A stretch of DNA of 64,000 bases, from NCBI RefSeq assembly GCF_009914755.1, contig NC_060933.1. One strand, 5' to 3'. The notes under the pieces were generated by a model. It was not told the origin of the DNA and did no database searches. It saw only the letters and a program-made list of their open reading frames with translations. Below, in pieces: positions 42,838-57,412 of the stretch. The stretch comes from the human T2T-CHM13v2.0 reference genome, Homo sapiens. The stretch's first letter is position 1. The number at the start of each line of letters is the position of its first letter. The position numbers were made by a program, and so were the translations under genes.

Positions 42838-44020
42838 AATTGATATAAAATTCACCATTTTAGCTGAAGTGTATAATACAGTGGCTTTTAGTACCTTCAC
42901 AATATTATGTAACCATAACCACTATCTCATTTCAGCACATTTCTATCCTTCCAAAAAGACATCTTGTACCCAATTAAGCACTAGTTTCTCATTCTCTCCT
43001 TCCCTTCAGCCCTTGGAAACCACTAATGTGCTTCTTGTTTCCAAGAATTTGTTTATTCTGGACATTTCACATAAATAGAATCAAACAATATGTATGGATT
43101 TTTGTGTAGCTTTTATCACTTGGCATAACGTTTACAGGGTCCATCCATATTGTAGCATGAATTAGTATTTCATTCCTTTTTAAGGCTAAAATGACATTGT
43201 ATAGATATACCACATTTTGTTTACTCATTCTTCAGTTGATGGACATTTGGGTTATTTTTACTTTTTGGCTCTTACGAATAATCTCCATGAATATTCATGT
43301 GCACATTTTGTTTGAACATCTGTTTTTAATTCTTTTGGGTATATACCTAGGATTGCTGGGTCATATGACGATTCTGCGCTTAACTTTTTGAGGAACCATC
43401 GAACTGTTTTCTAGAGCAAGTACACCATTTGACATTCTCACTAGAAATGTATCCACATGATATTGTTCTCCAAACTTATTTTTCTTTCCTTTTGATAAAT
43501 TATAGCCATCTAAGTGAGTATGAATTGGTATCTCATTGAGGTTTTGGTTTGCGTTTTTTCAGTGAGTAAATATTGAGCATCTTTTTGTTGGTTTTTTACT
43601 TTGTATATGTTATTTTGACAAATGTCTATTCAAGTTTTGGCTGATTTTTAAATTGTGTTTTTTTTGTTGTTGACTTGTAGGAAATCTTTACATATTCTGA
43701 ATATTAAACCCTTATTAGATATATGGTTTGCAAATTTTTTTCCATTCTGTGGATTGTTTTTCACTTGATAATTTCACTTGATGCCCAAATATCTTAAACT
43801 TGATCAAATCAAATTTATCTCTTTTTGTTCCTTATGTTTTTGATAGGGATTGCATTGAATCTGCATATCAATTTGAGAAATATTGCCATTTTAACAATGT
43901 TAATTTTTTCAGTTCGTGATTAAAGGATATCTTTCCACTTCTTTAGGTCATTAATTTCTTTCAGTAATGTTTTATAATTTTCAGTGTACAAGTCTTACAC
44001 ATACCTGATTAAATTTAATA
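42838..44020 (-). mobile_element. L1MB-type 3' end fragment with internal deletion
   Basis: ataaaattcaccatttt...cagtggcttttagtaccttcaca, attctggacatttcac and gatggacatttgggtt; jumps to gatagggattgcattgaatctg near 43845. Confidence 0.88.
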
Positions 44021-45194
44021 TTCAACGAATATTTATCAAGCTTAGCAGATGCAGTAGGTACAGTGATAAGTACAAAAGACACAATTAAAAGCCAATCCTA
44101 ACTCCCTGTTATTCATTTATTTTAATACATCCATTTAGACTAAGACAGAAAGCTTTATCAGGACTGCCAATACAAACCCAAATCTTTAAATTTCGACTAC
44201 TTGTACTTTTATCAATAATTTTCGCTGTTGCTTCAAAGTTTAGCCTGACTGAAGTCTCTATTATTTCTCTTCTTCTATGGTCACAGAATTTAAAAAGAGG
44301 TGTTCCAGTGTTATCAGGTATTATTAGTTTTGTGGCATAAAATCAGCAAATGGCTTAAACACATTTAAATGACTAGAACCTTTATTTACTTACACACTAA
44401 TCAAATTATTATTTAATTCAATGACACTTTTAAATTCTTACATGTTAGACACTCTTTAGGCACTAGAAATGGAAAAGTGAAAAAGACATGGGTTTGGGCT
44501 TCAGAGAACTTAACAAAATTGTAAAATAAATATTAAACAATAAAATAAATACTGGATTTGGAAGTGTAAGTTCTAGTACAATGGTTCTTTCAAAGTGTTA
44601 GGTTGAAAAACACAAATGAAAAAATAAAGGTGTTCTTCCAGTTGTAATGCCTGTAAAGGCGTTTGTCAATGAGAAGACATTCCAAGCAGCTGGAACAGAA
44701 TGTATGAAGCTGAGAAGCATTGAGGAGGAAGTTATATTCCAAGAACTCTGTCTAGTTGTACATATAGTTGGATACAGAGTGTAGGAGTTGACTATGAGGT
44801 GCCAGGGAGAGAATGACAAAATATGAGATTTAAAAAATACTTAGGGATGATGCCATAGACAATATCCTAAAGACCAGTAGTTTCAAACATATTTTAGTGA
44901 CATACGTCTTTGTACCTACACCAAAGGCAGAAGCAAAGCATTAGTAAATATAATAGACAAGAACAAGAAGTCTTCAAGACTTCTCTATTGGCCTTTTGAC
45001 CCTCACTTAGCAAACACTCATGGAAAATTACTGAAAATCACTGTCATTCACATGGGGAGAAACTATAAAATATCCTGAAAATATGTGAAGTCAAAGGAGT
45101 TAATTCTTGCTAATTTGGGGTGGGTCCATTTAATAGTCTAGGAAAGGTTCAGATTTTAGAAATGGATTAGGAAAGACCCTAACTGATTTTATTT

Positions 45195-45760
45195 TTGCTC
45201 TCCCATAATTCGTTCACCACACATTTGCCATGGTAATCTCTTCAAAAAGTAAATCAGGTCACCCTGATTTTCTGTTGAACTTCCTCCAATTGCATCTAAA
45301 ATAAGAGCCAGACTAGTTTCTGTGGCCCACATGTCTGAGCTTCATTTTCCTACAATTCTCTCTCTCAATCAACCTGCTCCGGCCATGACGGCTTTCTTCT
45401 GTTCTTTGCACACAAGGCTGGTTTGGGCTCTTCTGCTTTCTTCTTCCTCTGAGATGCTTTTCCTTTAGATTTTCACATAGCAGATGATTCATCACCCAAG
45501 TTTCCGCTTACATTTCTCCTATTCACAGAGGTCACCTCTGTCTACATAACCTAAGGGAGTTCTCTCCTGTCACTCCATGATGCCTCATCCTCCTTTTTAA
45601 AATAATTTTCTTCCTTGCACTTAGTAGAATCTGAATCATTGTGTATATATTAGACATGGGTTTGTCTGCTTTTTTACTGCTCTAAACCCAGTTTTCAAAA
45701 CAATGCCAGGAGCATTGTATTCTCTCACTACATATCTGTTGAATACATAAATTGAATAAG
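45195..45760 (+). mobile_element. L2 LINE 3' end
   Basis: Pyrimidine-rich L2 body ending aacaatgccagg...atatctgttgaatacataaattgaat. Confidence 0.7.
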
Positions 45761-47509
45761 GACAACATAAAGGGTAGATCCATCAATAAAAATTAGGAGA
45801 AATAGCAGTGAATATAGGTCAAATAGCACAGGACAAGCCTAGTGTAGTCTTTAAGATTGTGGTTGATAGTCTCTCACCCAAGAGGGATAGCCTCTGTGTC
45901 TTCAGTGTATGACTCATCACTTCTGCCCTTTATTTCATTTTGCCTTTCCTAATTCATCTTTCTAGTCACCTACATCCCTTCCCCTTGTTTTGCAGTGAAG
46001 TTATTATATGCAAAAATATTCCTAAAAGAGCACAGAACTTGAGGAAAGAAGCTTACATTCAAAACAATGCAGCTTTAACAAATATAGACAGTAAGCTGTC
46101 ATCATAACCATATGAGTTATGCCAATTTGAGTGATAAATGTGAAAAAGCATCCTACAACACTAATAAGATGTTTACTGGGAGTCACTTGCAGTATGTGCA
46201 CACTGAAAAGATATTATGTAGTTTCTGGCCTAAACTTACACTAAAGAGTCACATTTTATCAACAGAATATGATTTAAAAGTCACTTCTCACATTCTACAA
46301 ATCATCTAGAAAACTTTCTTAAAAGAACTTTTGACAACTTAAAGAAAATGGATGAACTAAAAATCAGTCTGACTTTAAGATAGAAGAAAATTAAATTGGT
46401 TTCCACTAAGTTGACCACAATCAAGAAATTCAAATTTAACTCTGAAAGCAAAAGAGACGCTTGAAGACTAGTAACATGGTTTCAGGGAGAAGAAGATGAA
46501 TTTAGCTAAAGTTTTTGAAGTCTCTAGTGAGGAGGGAGGTCATACATAGGAAGACCAAGAGGAAGTCTGCAGTCATCCAGACAGGCAATGATTAAAGCCT
46601 GGATGAGAACAGGAATTATTGATTGTCTAAAGGGGGAGTGGGTGGAGGGAGTTAATTTTCCTTGCTTCTTCCTTACCTCGTGCAAACAAATCATTGCTTT
46701 CACCTATACATCTGAAGAAAATACATCACAAAAAATCAGAACTATTGGTGGATAAAAAACAATTGAAGCATAAAATGTTAAATGCTGCTAGAACTTGAAT
46801 TTGTAAAGAGAGCTATAGAGACATAAATTATTAATTACTAGGGCCAGCACTGATTCCATATTGCCAGAGCCTACTGAGATTTTGAAAACCAATATGTTTT
46901 TGTCTTGAAGGGTGTTTGAAAGAAACTGGTTAACCTAAAAGGCCTTGAGATGTTAGGGGAATTACAGAAGAGAGAGTCTGTAAATCAATACAATTTCTTC
47001 AGCAAATACTGTATCAAAAAGAAGGACGTTGAATTCAACATTGTCAGCAATGGAGATAAAATCATTTATATCCCAGAAAGTATAAACAGCTTCAGACTAA
47101 ATAGTTGACAGCACCAGAGGAAATTGAAAGAGGCTTTCCTTACACTGCGTCCGCACATTCTTTGATTCAGTGGGATGCCCATTTACAAAGACACACTATT
47201 GGTTTTGAAGAACGTGCACCCCCTCCAAAGCCTGCTTAAACACTTAGAAGAAAGCACTTGTGCTTCGCTTTTGGTGTAATAAGGATGTTTCACATTTTCA
47301 ACTAGTGATTCCAACTGGTGAAGGGATTTTGTCGGTTTTTCTTCTTTTAAACAGGGTACTGGAGTGCTGACAAAGCTTAAGTAGCTTTAAATTTTGACTA
47401 ATTATGATCTTGTGAGCCTAAAATCACTCCAGAATTGAAGACAGAATTCCCAAAGGAGAAATCACTGCTAAAACAAAGCACTAAAAAATTTTAAGCCTTT
47501 ATGCCTATC

Positions 47510-47600
47510 TGCCACAAGTCCCCTAATCTCCGTAGCCTCAGTTTCCTTATCTTTAAAACAAGGAAGTAGTGCTTCATGATCCGATGAATACTATCCCATT
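47510..47600 (+). mobile_element. MIR fragment
   Basis: acaagtccctaatctccgtagcctcagtttccttatctttaaaa core. Confidence 0.6.
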
Positions 47601-49072
47601 CAAATATCCAATTATTATGTACCCCACATTATTTTTAACTGCTCCAGTTCCTGCATAGCCCATATGGCGAAAGTATAGAAATTTTCTCTTCTAAAACATT
47701 TCTCCATTCCCAGATAAAGTCTAAAATGACATATCTAAAGAAGAGGCTGGGAGTGAAGTACCTGTATCATAACAAAGAGGAAAATATAGGCTTAGATTAA
47801 AGAGAATGGAGAATTAATCCATCAATGACAGAATTTATTGAGCATCAACCATGACACATCCAGCACTGTGGCATCAAGAAAACGCAGAAGCATGGGAATC
47901 ATGGTTTGTACCTTCTGGAAATCAACACACTAGCACCCAGAAAACCAAATTGCCTCTGAAAACATCAGAGAACTTATTTGAATATAGCATCTTTGATGAC
48001 TGTTGAAGTTACACACACATACGTATAGATACAAATTATATGAATTTTACTAACATTCTACTTCGTTTGCTTTGAGTTATACCTGAGAGATAGCCATTAA
48101 GCTAAATAAGGTAGTTCTCTTGCCCTGATCACTATACCTTGCCAGTCATTTTTGACATCAGGCTATATTAAGAAGTATAATAGGCTGGAAATTCAATGGT
48201 TTGTACATTAAATATATCTTCACTGAATATCCTGCATTTTCTCATAGTAGATGACACTGTTCAGGTGCTTTCCATTTGAATTTATCACAAGTCATAAGAC
48301 TTCCAGATGATTAGGCTTCAACTCTTAAAGTCTTGCATATTCTACTGTCTGCCCTTGTGGCATCTATAGGGCTCTCAAAAAAGGCTGACTTCACAACAAT
48401 CATCATATCTTATTTTGATTCACAGATGATAAAAAATAATACCATTTAATTTTACCAAAAACAAAGTTTCTAATTTCTACTGGATCACAAACTTGTATCT
48501 ACCAAATTGCCTCCTATTGCTTTTCTTCCAAAAACAGTCACTTCAGCCACCAGAAGAAATATTCTCCCTCTTTTTTCATATAATAGAAGTCATGCAAGCT
48601 AGAAGTATGATCCATGTCCCATCTTACACAAGAATTAGGATGTTTTTCATAGTTGAGCCAATCCATATATTTCTCCCTTCCTCTGGCTTTCTTCATTATA
48701 TCTTGTCTGATTTAGGCTTTAAACTATTTAAGTCATAATTACCAGGAGGTCACTTAGCTTCTCCAGAGAATACGGGTAAAATTAAGGAACATTCAAAACT
48801 CACTATCTAATATTAGATAGCTTATCATACTATTGTTAGAATTCCAAGTTTCATAAGACCAAAAACAATGATATATTTGTAGTGTATTTAAAGAAAAAAG
48901 AAAAATGAAAACAAATTGGTTTGCTTAGTTTTATTTATATTAGCTCGACAGTATTGCAGACATTTCAGAATTTTGTTTTAGATATTTGTTTATTTTTAAA
49001 AAACATTTTAATTAACTGGGTGTTAATAATAAGCATTGCAATCAATCTAGTAAAATGAAATTGTAAGACCCC

Positions 49073-51314
49073 TGTATTAGTCTGTTTTCACACTGCTGAT
49101 AAACACATACCTGAGACTGGGCAATTTACAAAAGAAAGAGGTTTATTGGACTTACAGTTCCACATGGCTGGGAGGCCTCACAATCATGACAGAAGGTGAA
49201 AGGCATGTCTCACATAGTGGCAGACCAAAGAAGAGAATTTGTGCAGGGAAACTCCCCTCTTTAAAACTTTCAGATCTCATGAGATGTATTCACTATCACA
49301 AGAACAGCACAGAAGATACCTGCCCCCATGATTCAATTACTTCCCACTGGGTCCCTCGCACAACATGTGGAAATTCAAGATGAGATTTGGGTGGGGACAC
49401 AGCCAAACCACATCATTGCATCTCAGCCCCTCCCAAATCTCATGTCCTCACATTTCAAAACCAATCATGCCTTTCCAACAGTCCCCCAAAGTCTTAATTC
49501 ATTTCAGCATTAATCCAAAAGTCTACAGTCGAAAGTCTCATCTGAGACAAGGCAAGTCCCTTCAGCCTATGAGCTTGTAAAATCAAAAGCAAATTAGTTA
49601 CTTCCAAGATACAATGAGGATACAGGCATTGGGTAAATACAGCCATTCTAAATGGGAGAAATTGGCCAAAACAAAGGGGCTACAGGCCCAACACAAGTCC
49701 ACAATCCTGCAGGGCAGTCAAATCTTAAAACTCCAAAATGATCTCCTTTGACTCCATGTCTTGCATCCAGGTCACACTGATGCAAGCAGTGGGTTCCCAC
49801 TGTCTTGGGCACCTCTGCCCCGTGGCTTTACACAGTACAGCCTCCCTCCTGACTGTTTTCATGGGCTGGCATTGAGTGTCTGTGGCTTTTCCAGGTGCGT
49901 AGTGCAAGCTGTCAGTAGATCTACCATTCTGGGGTCTGGAGGATGGTGGCCCTCCTCTCACAGCTCCACTAGGCAGTACCCCAGTAGGGACTCTGTGTGG
50001 GGCTCTGACTCTACATTTCCCTTTTGCAGTGCCCTAGCAGATGTTCTCCATGAGAGCCCCACCCCTGCAGCAAACTTCTGCCTGGGCATCCAGGCATGTC
50101 TATACATCTTGTGAAATCTAAGCAGAGGTTCCCAAATCTCAACTCTTGACTTTTGTGTACTTGCAGGCTCAACTGCACATGGAAGCTGCCAAGACTTGGG
50201 ACTTGAAGCCACAGCCTGAGCTCTATGTTGGCCCCTACCCAGCTAGGACACTGGGTACCAATTCCCTAGGCTACACACAGTAAGGGGGCTCTGGGCCTGG
50301 CCCATGAAACCACTTTTTCCTCCTCAGCCCCTGGTCCTGCGATGGAAGGGGCTGCCGTTAAGGCATCTTATGTGCTCTGGAGACATTCTCTCCATTGTCT
50401 TGAATGTGGTTAACATTCAGCTCCTTGTTACTTATGGAAATTTCTGCAGCTAACTTGTATTTCTCCTCAGAAAATGCAATTTTCTTTTCTATCACATTGT
50501 CAGGCTACAGATTTTCCAAACTTTCATGCTCTGCTTCCTTATAAAACCAAATGCCTTCAACAGCACCCATGTCACTTCTTGAATACTTTGCTCCTTCAAA
50601 ATTTCTTCCACCAGATACCTTAAATCATCTCTCTCAAGTTCAAAGTTCCTCAAATCTCTAAGGCAGGAGCAAAATGCCACCAGTCTACTTGCTAAAACAT
50701 AACAAGAGTCACCTTTGCTCCAGTTCCCAATACGTTCCTCATCTCCATTGAGACCACCTTTGCCTGGATTTCATTGCCCATATCATTATCAGCATTTTAG
50801 TCAAAGGCATTCAACAAGTCTCTAGGAAGTTCCAGACTTTCCCACATTTTCCTGTCTTCTTCTGTGCTCTGCAAACTGTTCCAACAACTGCCTATTACCC
50901 AGTTCTAAAGTCACTTCCACATTTTCAGGTTTCTACAGCAATGCCCCACTCTACTGGTACCAATTTACTGTATTAGTTTGTTTTCATGTTGCTGATAAAC
51001 ACATACCCGAGACTGGGCAATTTTCAAAAGAAAGAGGCTTATTGGACTTACAGTTCCACGTGGCTGGGGAGGCCTCACAATCATGGCGGAAGGTGAAAGG
51101 CACATCTCACATGGTGGCAGTCAAGAGAATAGAGCTTGTGCAGGGAAATCCCTTTTTAAAAACCATCAGATCTCATGAGACTTATTCACTATCACAAGAA
51201 CAGCATGAGAAAGACCTGCCCCCATGAATCAATTATCTCCCACTGGGTCTCTCCCACCCACAATATATGGGAATTCAAGAAGAGATTTGGGTGGGACACA
51301 GACTAACCATATCA
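49073..51314 (-). mobile_element. Second complete THE1 element (LTR 49073-49415, internal, LTR 50969-51314)
   Basis: Paired LTRs; internal region colinear with 22150-23715; 5-bp TSD acccc at 49068-49072 and 51315-51319. Confidence 0.96.
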
Positions 51315-52420
51315 ACCCCCAAAGAAGGTAACATCAGTGACAAAGGAGCAGCTCAGCATATTCTAAAGGTATCTTAGGCTATTAATCTTTTACCAGTTTA
51401 ATGCTTTGGTGGGCAAATATGAATACCATATTCAGGCAGGAAAGTCAAACTCATGTGTATGAAGTGTGTTGATCAAGGCCAATCATTTAACACGAGAAGA
51501 ACAGAGCTTTGACTCGATTGACATCTTAACTTATATAAAACTTAAATAGCTCTTCAGAAGACTGAGAAAAATGATAATATTTAATGAATTTTAGAACTCT
51601 AAGGTGGATAAAAAGCATAAAATGTGGAATATGTCCAAATGAAAACGTGTTGGGATGTTTCTGCAATATTATATTAGACTTATGGTAAACTGACCAGCCC
51701 TGAAATTGATCTGTATGTCTCTAAAGATCATAAAAAAATTATGCTAGATTGGATGAATGGTATACCTTCCCAGTAACTTATCTCTGATAAATGTAACAGA
51801 ATATTTTGTGGGACACAATGGTAGCTATTTCTCATAGTGCTTATTTGATTAGAATTCACTGTAGTTTACATATGCCACATCTTAGAACAGAGAGTTTAAT
51901 GTTTTCCTTAACAGCATATGTAAAGTATTTGAGTAAAAATTAGGAAGAAAGTATATATACATATGCAAAATATATTGCTGCTGTATTTTAGGTGTTAGTC
52001 AAGGCTCAATACTTGGGGCCTAAGTTTTACAAAATTTCTATAATGTAAATAGTAACGTGATTTCACTGATGCAGAATCTTTGGTGGAATATAAATGAATA
52101 GCTTACCCAGAGTCACACAAGTGATAGTGATGAAGGTAGCACTTTCAATCCAATACCTCATGTTAAAGTGCCAGTTTCACTGTGTTACACCTAGATTCGG
52201 GGATATATAGGATAGTTGTCCACTGTCTTTACCTGTCCTCAGGGAAAAAATTAATGACATATCCAGGCACATATCCCTTGCTGAACTAAGCTGTGTCTCA
52301 GATAATTCTCCACTAAGTCACTAGAAATCTACTGGACTATATCTGACATGTGAAATAAAAGGCATCATTGCTCCATCAACTATGCATGCTAGGAATACAA
52401 TCAAACACACATACATGCAT

Positions 52421-52421
<1 letters not shown>

Positions 52422-52457
<36 letters not shown>
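52422..52457. repeat. (CA)n microsatellite
   Basis: Directly visible. Confidence 0.97.
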
Positions 52458-52458
<1 letters not shown>

Positions 52459-54847
52459 TTTTAAACTGTTAAAGAGATTCCACCCATAAGATCCATCCTG
52501 ATTGGAATTAGAGCAACATCTAAGCACCATGGATGCATATCTCTGGAATTGAAAGACTTGAGTATAAACTTATATCTGGATAGATGGTACATTTTTCATT
52601 ACCTGGCAGTCTGGGGGGACTTTCTTCTCTCAAAAAAGTACTTCTCCAAATGCTGGTGCCCAAGAAGCCCTTCCTCTTCTGTCTTCTTCCAAAACAACCT
52701 ATGTTTCAACACCTAATTGAAGTTCTACCTACCTCCTTTATTAAGCCTGCCAGATTGCCCTAACCCAGATATCTCTTATCTCTCAATTCCTTTTTTGTTC
52801 AGAACATTTATATTCAATTATCTACTACTCCCTTCTACACTGCCTTTTACAGTTATTATTTTCTGTTGCTATTTCTTCTAAATATTTTGTATTGAAAACA
52901 GCAATAATTGTCTTGGTGGTAATGAGAGTTGAAGGCCTCTATGTCTAAATCAGTTGCCAAAACTCACCACAAAATAGGCATCCAATTTAAATAAAGACAT
53001 TGTGATTACTATGCAAATAGGGTTTCAAGACAAGGTCCCTAAATTCCTCCCTAAACAAATATTCCCAACTAGAGGCTGCTTCATCCAAGCCACTTCTATA
53101 CAGATATTTTGAAATCATCACTAGTAGAAATTTATTTCTCTTTATCTGTATCTCTTGATGCTTAATAGCTTAATCGTTTTGTTTTCACAGGAGCTCAGAA
53201 TTCTGTGATACATTCAATTAAATAAAATCCAAAGTCCCCCTCCCTCTTTTCAGCAAAATAATGTGAATTTGTAAATACATGATTTATGGCCAAAAATGAC
53301 TTACTCAATGAGGAAAACAACCGATTTGAAGTGCCTGAAAAGTTTTCAAGTTTGAACATATGGCTTTAAAACATTATATAATAACTTTATACAATACTAA
53401 AAATATTACTTCCTTTTATTCTTCCTTATTTTTGCCTCATCCAGGTTCTCATTCAGGATACACTGAGACTATGTTAGGCCCATAATAATTTTTGGTCTTT
53501 TCATTGTTATGCCATTTTTATATGGATAGTTGCTTGGCGACCTAGGCCATCTTCTTTGAAGTCTGCCTTGCCATTGCTTTCTGAGAAGCCATAATAACCC
53601 TGACACTTTCTGGGAAGCCTTAATAAGCCTTGCTTTGTTGTGTGATTGAAACTAAGCAAGAGCTTCATATTCTACTCCTCATGTATGTTTTAGATAGCAG
53701 TTGGAGTTAAATTGATTTGTCTTTGTTGTTGAATTTAACTTTCCTTATACCTTTAATTCTGATTTATGGCAGAGACCATTTTTCCTAAAATGTTTTTTAC
53801 TTAAGTCTACTTGTTTCTAAGGCACTGTGAGACTTATTTTTATATTTTATTTTATCCTTCTTTCTTGTGAGTCCCTGTGCTAGACATCTGAGAAGTTAGT
53901 TTTAAGAGCTTCTTTTTTTGGTTGATATTTGCTTTGACATCAATGGGAACTCACATGTGTAAATGAAAACTCTTCTATGGAAAGAATCTTCTTTAACATC
54001 CATCTGGACCAGCCAGATAAGTCTGACAATGGTTTTATATTACTCAAGGAAACTTAACTATTTATTACTGTTGTATACTCTGAGCAGATTCACATAGGAA
54101 TGAATTAACGATGTTAGAAAATAGTTCATATCATCATATGAAAATATATCTCCCAAGTTACAGCTCTTCATATATTATAATAATTTTCTATACGAGTCTT
54201 TAGAAAGTACATCATTTCACAAGATCTGTACAACAATGACATGAGTTGGTGTAGGAATATATTATCATTGTTACTTTTAGGTAAATTAAGTGAGGCTTAC
54301 CTATAAGATTAGATCATTTGATCAAAAAAGTTAAAAAGAGCAGAGCCAGCATTAAAATTTAAAATGTTCTGATTGTAAATAAAGAATGAATGATGCTGAA
54401 ATTATTTTTAAAAATTCATAAAATGAACTGATTTTGAAAGCCTACTTAAACCAATTTTATGCCTATATAATGTGAAATGATTCATTCACATATTCATTTA
54501 TCTATATATACATATATGTTGGTATTCATTCAACAAAAATTTACTAAATACCTAATATAGGCCATAAACTCTCTTATACACAGGAGCAGATGTAGAAAGA
54601 AATAAGTTAAGACTTGTGCATTGTGTGACAATACAGTATGATATTCAAGATGCTGGCTCCTGAGTCAAAAAATATCACATGCAAACTATTCTGTTTTTAC
54701 ATTAGTTATGTAACATTTTAAATATTTTGTTAAACACAAGAACGAATTATTCACAAAAATATATTTCCAAAAAGAACAGAAAAGTAAATACAGCTTTTTG
54801 AGACAATTTTAAACTTCCAAAAGGGTTGCAAAAATAGTTTAGAGATT

Positions 54848-54970
54848 ATGTGAAATGTTCAGAGTAGGCTAACTGGAGACAGAAAGTAGATTAGTGATTG
54901 CTTAAGTCTGGAGGTGGTGCAGGGAATGGGGGAAAATGGAGAGTGACAGCTTATGAGTATGAGGTTTCTT
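54848..54970 (+). mobile_element. Short L1MB 3'UTR fragment
   Basis: tgaaatgttcagagtaggc...gagacagaaagtagattagtgattgc...gagtgacagc. Confidence 0.75.
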
Positions 54971-55829
54971 TTTGGTTTTTATACTTTAAGTTATGGGGTA
55001 CATGTGCAGCACGTGCAGGTTTGTTACATAGGTATACACGTGCCATGGTGGTTTGCTGCACCCATCAACCCGTCATCTACATTAGGTATTTCTCCTAATG
55101 CTATCCCTTCCCTAGCTCCCCACCCCCAAACAGGCCGCAGTGTGTGATGTTCCCCTCCGTGTCCATGTATTCTCATTATTCAACTCCCACTTATGAGTGA
55201 GAATGTGCGGTGTTTGGTCTTGTGTTCTTGTGATTGTTTGCTGAGAATGATGGTTTACAGCTTCATCCATGTCCCTGCAAAGGACATGAACTCATCTTTT
55301 TTTATGGCTGCATAGTATTCCATGGTGTATATGTGCCACATTTTCTTTATGCAGTCTATCATTGATGGACATCTGGGTTGGTTCCAAGTCTTTGCTATTG
55401 TGAATAGTACTGCAACAAACATACGTGTGCATGTGTCTTTATAGCAGCATGATTTACAATCCTTTTGGTGTATACCCAGTAATGGGATGGCTGGGTCAAA
55501 TGGTATTTCTAGTATAGATCCTTGAGGAATCGCCACACTGTCTTCCACAATGGTTGAACTAATTTACACTCCCACCAACAGTGTAAAAGCGTTCCAATTT
55601 TCCACATCCTCTCCAGCATCTGTTGTTACGTGACTTTTTAATGATCGTCATTCTAGCTGGTGTGAGATAGTATCTTATTGTGGTTTTAATTTGCATTTCT
55701 CTAATGACCAGTGATGATGAGCATTTTTTCATGTTTGTTGGCTGCATAAATGTCTTCTTTTGAGCAGTGTCTGTTCATATCCTTTGCTCACTTTTTGATG
55801 GGGCTGTTTTTTTTTCTTGTAAATTTGTT
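54971..55829 (-). mobile_element. 5'-truncated L1PA7-like element
   Basis: atactttaagtt...caacccgtcatctacattaggtatttctcctaatgc; perfect 17-bp TSD tgagtatgaggtttctt at 54954-54970 and 55830-55846. Confidence 0.93.
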
Positions 55830-57412
55830 TGAGTATGAGGTTTCTTAAGAGAAGTTCCATTAATAGTATAACTGTTTTCCAATCATGGTATTTATAGCTA
55901 TATCTTCATTCTTATGAGGGTGTGTGGGTGTGTGTGTGTGTTTGTGTGTGTGATCATACCAATATCATCTGTCATTTCTAGTGTTTGGATTAGAAAGAAG
56001 ACAGAGATTAGTGGTTCTCACTACCATTTTGATCCCATCCTCCTATGAATTCATACTTAATTTTTAAATTCAAATACTCTATTTCCTTCAGCAATAGCAA
56101 GTCAAAAGTTTGCTTATCTCTAGGGACTCTTGTCAATTAAGTTCTTCACGTAGGAAGATTCTTTTTTTTCAAGTGCACTCCTCTAATTTAGATGTGTTCA
56201 TGACATGCACAGAACCTATCTATAGAAGCTTCTACAGAATATCTCCAAGCCCCAACTTCCATATCACTCTCACCTTACCCAAATATATGTTCTCAGAAAA
56301 CAATCTCATTAAGTAACTGCATCCCTAAAAAAGAATGCTGGTTGTTGGATTTCCTTCTTACCGTTTTACACAACTAATTCATGAAGTGTCAGAAAACAAA
56401 CAATTCTTTTTTATGCTTGTTTTACATTTGGGAATAGATGAAGTTTACCACCCTACTCACTACACCATCGTTTCCACCAAACTAGATATGTTGAATATAT
56501 TACAGTCAATAAGAAGTTGTGGTTGTGTAGAATATCCAACATTGCAAGCTAACATAGTTTTATTGAGACAAAACTGCATTTTTTTAAGATATCAAATTAG
56601 CCACAGTCAAGTTTGACAAGACCTATGTGCAATAAGGAAACTGATGTTCAGCTTTTAATTTCATTTAATTAACAAGGTAAGGGGTGATTAAGTGCAAGAG
56701 TTTTTTTTTAAAAAAAATATTCCTTTATGATCATCCCAATTGCATGCATAATAACTATTCTCTAATATAAATATACAGTGTACCTGGTTTGATTCAAAAT
56801 GCCTTAAAAGGGTTTCTAACCTTAATTAGCTGTAATGAAACATCTGTATAATAAAAAAAATTTTTGTTGTTAATATCTAAATATCAGAGCCCATCAATAA
56901 AATTTGTCTATCTAGTGCTCAACTGCCAGGAAACAAAACCATCTGGAATCTAAACTAATAAGATAAGGTTTTTCCTTGTTTCCTTATTTCCTTGAAATAA
57001 ATTTTCAGTTTTAACTTTGACCAGGCAAACACATCACCGCAGATTCTATTGGTAAAAGTGTTATGTCTTTTTGAAAACAGGCCCCTCAGGCCTAGACTTA
57101 GTATATTCTTGCTATTGTTTTACACAAAACTTTCACAAGTTAAAGTGTATGATTTTCAGACTTCCAAAAAGCAATATATAATAGAGAAGGTCTGTAAGAG
57201 AAATGCAGACACCAGCCAGTGGGCTCACAGTTGTGACATACTGAGCTGCTCCTGAGAGCACCCTAGGTTTATATCACAGGCTGTTCAACTGATGATCCGA
57301 TATGAGAAACAAGATATTAAAAGGCAGAAAATTCTATTTCATATATTCTAATTAAAAATCAATGGCACATATAATAAATATCAAAAATATTTTCTTTGAC
57401 CAGAATGTTTTT

